Position numbers and translations under genes: made by a program. Under the pieces are notes generated by a model. The model did not search any database, was not told the DNA's origin, and worked only from the letters and a program-made list of their open reading frames with translations. Source: Eubacteriales bacterium (GTDB taxonomy: Bacteria > Bacillota > Clostridia > Oscillospirales > JAAYXM01). Taken from it: DNA of 64,000 bases. How positions within the stretch are numbered: position 1 is the stretch's first letter; the number at the start of each line of letters is the position of its first letter. This document shows, piece by piece, positions 59,891-64,000 of the stretch. The stretch lies in NCBI GenBank assembly GCA_045595365.1, contig JAZOAI010000035.1, positions 5,049-69,048 on the forward strand, read 5' to 3'.

Positions 59891-61219
59891 ATGGGTTACA
59901 CTCGTGAGGATATTGAAAGAATCGTAAAGGAAGAAGACGTTCAGTTTATACGTCTGCAATTTACGGACATCTTCGGAACAATGAAAAATGTTTCAATCAC
60001 TTCTCGTCAGCTCTCTCACGCGCTCGACAATAAATGTATGTTTGACGGCTCCTCTATTGAGGGCTTTGTCAGAGTTGAAGAGTCGGATATGTATCTGCAC
60101 CCGGACCTCAACTCCTTCTGTGTCCTTCCGTGGATAAAAGAAGGCGGGCGGGTTGCGCGCCTCATCTGCGATGTATACGACACAAAAGGCGAGCCGTTTA
60201 TGGGCGACCCGCGCTGTGTCTTAAAGCGCGTTCTTGCGGAAGCTTCCGAAATGGGCTTTACCGTCAATATCGGGCCTGAGGCTGAGTTCTTTCTATTTAA
60301 AACCGATGAGAACGGAAACCCGACAGCTATCAGGAACGACCGCGCGGGATACTTTGATTTAGGCCCGGTTGATACGGATGAAAATGTCCGCCGTGAGATG
60401 TGCCGCTATCTTGAAGAAATGGGCTTTGAAATTGAAGCCTCACATCACGAAAACGCTGACAGCCAGCACGAGATTGACTTTAAATACGGCGAAGCTCTGA
60501 CAACGGCTGACAACATAATAACCTTTAAGCTTTTAGTCAAGACTATTGCCCACAAAAACGGGCTTCATGCGACCTTTATGCCAAAGCCGATTTTTGGAAT
60601 TTGCGGTTCAGGCATGCACATAAACATATCTCTCTCCAAAAACGGAAAGAATATATTCTATAATCCGTCAGACGATCTTGGCCTTAGCCGTGAGGCATAT
60701 TCCTTTATCGCGGGTGTCATCGAACACTCCAGAGGTATGTGCGCCGTCACAAACCCGCTTGTAAACTCATACAAGCGCCTCGTTTCGGGATATGAAGCTC
60801 CTATATATATTGCGTGGTCTGCCAAAAACAGAAGCCCGCTTATCCGCGTTCCGAGCGCATCGGGAGAAGGGACCCGCATTGAAATCCGAAACCCCGACCC
60901 AGCCGCAAACCCGTATCTCGCATTTGCCGCAGTTTTGGCATCGGGGCTTGACGGCATCAAAAAAGGGCTTGTACCCCCGCCGTCTGTCGAATCCAACATC
61001 TTTGAAATGAGCAGGAAAGAGCTTGCAGAGAAGAAAATTCTCTCTCTCCCGAAAAATCTTTCAGAAGCCGTTGATGAGTTTGAAAAGGATGAGCTTCTCA
61101 TAAAAACCATCGGAAGCCATATTGCGCCGAAATATATAGAGGCAAAGCGCCGGGAATGGCACGAATACACCTCCACAGTTCATGACTGGGAGGTCAACAG
61201 ATATCTGATTAAATACTAA
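59891..61219 (+). CDS. glnA: Glutamine synthetase, type I
   Basis: 442 aa. N-terminal beta-grasp [13 protein letters not shown] and the catalytic domain, including the [11 protein letters not shown] region. Confidence 0.95.
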   Translation: MGYTREDIERIVKEEDVQFIRLQFTDIFGTMKNVSITSRQLSHALDNKCMFDGSSIEGFVRVEESDMYLHPDLNSFCVLPWIKEGGRVARLICDVYDTKGEPFMGDPRCVLKRVLAEASEMGFTVNIGPEAEFFLFKTDENGNPTAIRNDRAGYFDLGPVDTDENVRREMCRYLEEMGFEIEASHHENADSQHEIDFKYGEALTTADNIITFKLLVKTIAHKNGLHATFMPKPIFGICGSGMHINISLSKNGKNIFYNPSDDLGLSREAYSFIAGVIEHSRGMCAVTNPLVNSYKRLVSGYEAPIYIAWSAKNRSPLIRVPSASGEGTRIEIRNPDPAANPYLAFAAVLASGLDGIKKGLVPPPSVESNIFEMSRKELAEKKILSLPKNLSEAVDEFEKDELLIKTIGSHIAPKYIEAKRREWHEYTSTVHDWEVNRYLIKY

Positions 61220-61233
61220 GAGGTAAACCTACT

Positions 61234-62244
61234 ATGAAGGAACGTCTTATCTTCCCTCCTGTATACGACAGGAAAATGTCAATCCGCGAAACGGAGCATG
61301 GCGTTAAAATGATAAAGGATATGTTCGAGAAAAGGCTTGCGGAAGCGCTTTGCCTTGAGCGCGTCAGTGCGCCGCTTTTCGTAAAAAGCGGAACAGGGCT
61401 CAATGACAACCTCAACGGAATTGAGCGCCCGGTTGCGTTTGACCTTCTCGAGCAACCCGGAAGCGTTTATGAAATCGTTCATTCTCTTGCCAAGTGGAAG
61501 CGAATGGCGCTTCGGGATTACGGTTTTTCCGCAGGCGAAGGGCTTTATACCGATATGAACGCCATCCGCCGCGACGAAATGACTGACAATCTCCATTCCA
61601 TATATGTTGACCAGTGGGACTGGGAACTTGTTATTGAAAAAAAGGACAGAACAACCGAATTTCTCCAAAACATTGTCCGCAAGATTTATGCGGTTGTAAA
61701 AGCCGCCGAGGATGAAGTTTCCGAGTGCTTTGGCACCAAGAAAAAGCTTCCTGATGAAATTTCTTTCTTCTCGACCTATGAGCTTGAGGAGCGTTACCCC
61801 GACCTTACAAGCAAACAGCGGGAACACGCTATTGCAAAGGAATTCGGCGCAGTTTTCATTTCCCAGATAGGCGGAAAGCTTAAGGCCGGCGGGAAACACG
61901 ACGGCCGTGCGCCGGACTATGACGACTGGTCTTTAAACGGCGACATCGTTCTCTATTACCCGCTCCTTGACTGTGCATTTGAGATTTCCTCTATGGGCAT
62001 CAGGGTTGACGAGGAGTCCCTTCTTTCACAGCTTCGCGAGGAAGGGTGTGAAGACCGCCTTGAGCTTCCTTTCCAGAAAGCTCTTATAAACGGTGAGCTT
62101 CCGTACACCATCGGCGGTGGAATCGGCCAGTCCCGCCTCTGTATGTATATGCTTGACTGCGCACATATCGGCGAGGTGCAGTCATCCGTATGGCCGGCGG
62201 CAGATGTTGAGCTTTGCCGTGAGAGAGGCATTAAACTTTTGTAA
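61234..62244 (+). CDS. asnA: Aspartate--ammonia ligase (asparagine synthetase A)
   Basis: 336 aa. Class II aaRS-like AsnA signatures (ERVSAPLFV..., GGGIGQSRLCM). Confidence 0.92.
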   Translation: MKERLIFPPVYDRKMSIRETEHGVKMIKDMFEKRLAEALCLERVSAPLFVKSGTGLNDNLNGIERPVAFDLLEQPGSVYEIVHSLAKWKRMALRDYGFSAGEGLYTDMNAIRRDEMTDNLHSIYVDQWDWELVIEKKDRTTEFLQNIVRKIYAVVKAAEDEVSECFGTKKKLPDEISFFSTYELEERYPDLTSKQREHAIAKEFGAVFISQIGGKLKAGGKHDGRAPDYDDWSLNGDIVLYYPLLDCAFEISSMGIRVDEESLLSQLREEGCEDRLELPFQKALINGELPYTIGGGIGQSRLCMYMLDCAHIGEVQSSVWPAADVELCRERGIKLL

Positions 62245-62253
62245 TTTTATTTA

Positions 62254-62561
62254 TGCTTTGGCTTATTGCAAGACCGCACTATCCGGGGAGTCAGCGGTGC
62301 CCTGTACCTGCAATCCGCTATAGCAGGGGTGAATCCCCGGCTTGAGGCTTCCGGGCGTGTGGCAGGGCTTATGCAGCTTCAGTGTTGATAGGTCGGTCCT
62401 GCGCAGCAAAGGGCTGTGAACCATGTCAGGCGGGGAACCGAGCAGCATTAAGCGGTTTTCTTTGTGTGCCGCAGGTGCGCCGGCCTTGAGCTGTCTGCAC
62501 AAGTCACGCATATGCTCGGCTGTCGAGAGTCGGGTGTGCGGTCGTGCAATGAGCCAAAGCA
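62254..62561 (+). ncRNA. ffs: Signal recognition particle RNA, large Bacillus/Clostridium type with Alu domain
   Basis: Domain IV motif ccaugucaggcggggaaccgagcagcauuaag (about 62421-62452). The 5' Alu-domain block agcggugcccuguaccugcaauccgcuauagcagggg is nearly identical to B. subtilis scRNA as I recall it. Closing helix 62254-62279 / 62536-62561. Canonical position directly upstream of dnaX. The mature ends may lie inside these bounds. Confidence 0.93.
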
Positions 62562-62579
62562 AAGTCAGAGGTGGATTGT

Positions 62580-64000
62580 ATGTATCAGGCGCTTTACCGA
62601 AAATGGAGACCGCAAAGCTTTTCCGATGTTGTCGGGCAAAGTGCGATTTGCGACACTCTCACCCGGCAGATTGAAACAGGCCACACCTCTCACGCATATT
62701 TGTTTTCAGGCTCGCGCGGCACGGGGAAAACAACCTGTGCAAAAATTCTCGCAAAGGCCATAAACTGCGAAAATCCCTTCCACGGCAACCCCTGCAACAA
62801 ATGCCCGTCATGCCTTGGAATCACAAGCGGCGAAATCCTTGATATAGTCGAGATTGACGCTGCATCCAACAACGGTGTTGACCATGTCCGCGACCTTCGC
62901 GACGAAGCTATATACTCTCCCGCAAACGTCAAAAAGCGCGTGTATATTATTGACGAAGTTCATATGTTCTCTAATCCCGCGTTCAATGCTCTTCTCAAGA
63001 TAATGGAAGAGCCTCCCGAACACGTTGTCTTTATACTTGCGACAACCGAGCTTCACAAGGTTCCCGCTACTGTTGCCTCGCGTTGCCAGCGCTTTGTTTT
63101 CAAAAGGATTTCTCTTTCTGCAATCTCAGAGCGGCTTAAGTTTATTGCAAAAAACGAGGGTGCCGAGCTTTCTGACGCGGCGGCTGACTATATCGCAAAC
63201 CTTTCCGACGGCGCAATGCGCGACGCGCTTTCGCTTCTTGACCAATGCATATCAATGGGGAACAAAAACGTTTCTGAAAAAACCGTTGAGGAAGTCGTCG
63301 GGCTTGCCGGCAGAAAACAAACCTTCGATCTGGCGCACTCAATTTTGATGCGCGATATTTCAAAAACGCTTTCTCTTTTGAACGAAATATACACGGGCGG
63401 AAAGAATATAACTTCCGTTCTCACAGAGCTTGCGGAAATTTTTCGGGATGTTCTTGTTTCAAAAACTGCAAACGAGGAGCTTCCTCAGATAAACGCGAGA
63501 TACACAAAGTCTGAGCTGCTCTCTCTCGGTTCTGGCGTTGATACGGCAAGGCTCTGCTCAATTATTGAGGCTCTCCAGAATACTACCGGCTCTATTGCAG
63601 TAAGCTCGAACAAGCGCATTGATGCGGAAATTTGTTGTGTCCGCCTCTGCGAAAGCGCAGGGGAGGGTGACGTTTCCTCGCTTGTTTCACGAATGAACGA
63701 GCTTGAAGCTATGCTTAATAGCGGAAGCATAAAGCTTGAAAAGCCGCAAAAAAGTGAACCCCTTCCGCAGGAGAAAAAGCCTGCAGAAGCGGCGACGGCC
63801 CCGGCTCGCGCACCCGAACCCGTTTCGGAAAAAGCTACATCTGAACCGAAGCCGGCTCCTGCGACTGTTGCTTCCCCCGGCGATTCGGCAGAAGTGTGGA
63901 AGAAGATTATAACCGAAGCAAAACCCAAGCTTTCCCCAGGAGTTTTCCCCCTCTTTTCAGGGGTCAGCACTGAGCTTTCAGGGAATATTCTCACTATCTC
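62580..64000 (+). CDS. dnaX: DNA polymerase III subunit tau/gamma (partial, continues beyond the window)
   Basis: Absent from the ORF track because no stop is reached. The ATG at 62580 follows a gaggtgg RBS. MYQALYRKWRPQSFSDVVGQ, Walker A GSRGTGKTT, zinc module CENPFHGNPCNKCPSC, Walker B IIDEVHM, sensor ATTE. The frame is open to 64000. Confidence 0.95.
   Translation, partial: MYQALYRKWRPQSFSDVVGQSAICDTLTRQIETGHTSHAYLFSGSRGTGKTTCAKILAKAINCENPFHGNPCNKCPSCLGITSGEILDIVEIDAASNNGVDHVRDLRDEAIYSPANVKKRVYIIDEVHMFSNPAFNALLKIMEEPPEHVVFILATTELHKVPATVASRCQRFVFKRISLSAISERLKFIAKNEGAELSDAAADYIANLSDGAMRDALSLLDQCISMGNKNVSEKTVEEVVGLAGRKQTFDLAHSILMRDISKTLSLLNEIYTGGKNITSVLTELAEIFRDVLVSKTANEELPQINARYTKSELLSLGSGVDTARLCSIIEALQNTTGSIAVSSNKRIDAEICCVRLCESAGEGDVSSLVSRMNELEAMLNSGSIKLEKPQKSEPLPQEKKPAEAATAPARAPEPVSEKATSEPKPAPATVASPGDSAEVWKKIITEAKPKLSPGVFPLFSGVSTELSGNILTI

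Noticed and set aside
62263-62763. ORFs 62263..62562 (-), 62423..62674 (+) and 62464..62763 (+)
   Set aside because: They overlap the SRP RNA (near-identity of the Alu and domain IV blocks to known SRP RNA) and the true dnaX frame, which starts at 62580 in a different frame.
13616-63994. Many other 60-200-aa antisense or out-of-frame ORFs in the track (for example 16513..16980, 36194..36736, 44994..45584, 49105..49641, 52940..53425, 56966..57535, 60658..61176, 61279..61899, 63485..63994)
   Set aside because: Each lies inside a confidently identified conserved gene on the other strand or in another frame, and none shows motifs, RBS or independent signals. I treat them as shadow ORFs.
1-64000. 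Searched by eye for CRISPR arrays, tRNA/rRNA genes, IS elements and inverted terminal repeats, integrases, toxin-antitoxin pairs and known defence-system genes
   Set aside because: I saw no regularly spaced direct repeats, no tRNA-like cloverleaf candidates in the intergenic gaps, and no transposase, recombinase or nuclease-helicase defence-type ORFs. The window is essentially core genome. tRNAscan, Infernal and defence-finder runs would be needed to be certain.

Overview
This window is 64 kb of chromosomal core from a Firmicute, most likely a member of Clostridia. That placement rests on gene content and synteny only, because no marker gene is present. I call 57 protein-coding genes, of which dnaX runs off the right edge. 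I also call one SRP RNA, one T-box leader, several near-consensus SigA-type promoters, several intrinsic terminators and one unusual hairpin-repeat array. The gene blocks follow classical Gram-positive housekeeping synteny: uvrB-uvrA; dgt-dnaG-sigA; ddl-murI; rimP-nusA-ylxR-ylxQ-infB-rbfA-truB-ribF; ftsE-ftsX-M23 peptidase-S41 protease; greA-lysS; a K+ uptake pair; dprA-topA-trmFO-plsX-rnc; glnA-asnA; SRP RNA-dnaX. I see no rRNA, tRNA, CRISPR array, transposase, integrase, phage genes or recognisable defence genes. I did not find a convincing multi-gene novel system. The only clearly accessory stretch is about 8.6-10.0 kb. It holds a ~0.7 kb gene-free array of sequence-divergent but architecturally identical GC hairpins with GTAGGG/CCCTAC flanks and a thrice-repeated CCACCTCAT motif, followed by a strongly AT-rich, self-contained ORF cassette. 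Other items worth a second look are: an in-frame RbfA-NrnA(DHH) fusion; a GMP synthase lacking its glutamine amidotransferase domain; a probable Trp T-box driving a lone trpB2 plus a pyridoxal kinase; an E. coli-like A6G/-1 UGA/hairpin constellation inside dnaX; a YtrA-type repressor-ABC operon with a triple TGTATT operator and a 699-aa permease; and a membrane protein fused to an unrecognised soluble domain. Coordinates of small motifs were read by eye and may be off by 1-2 nt.
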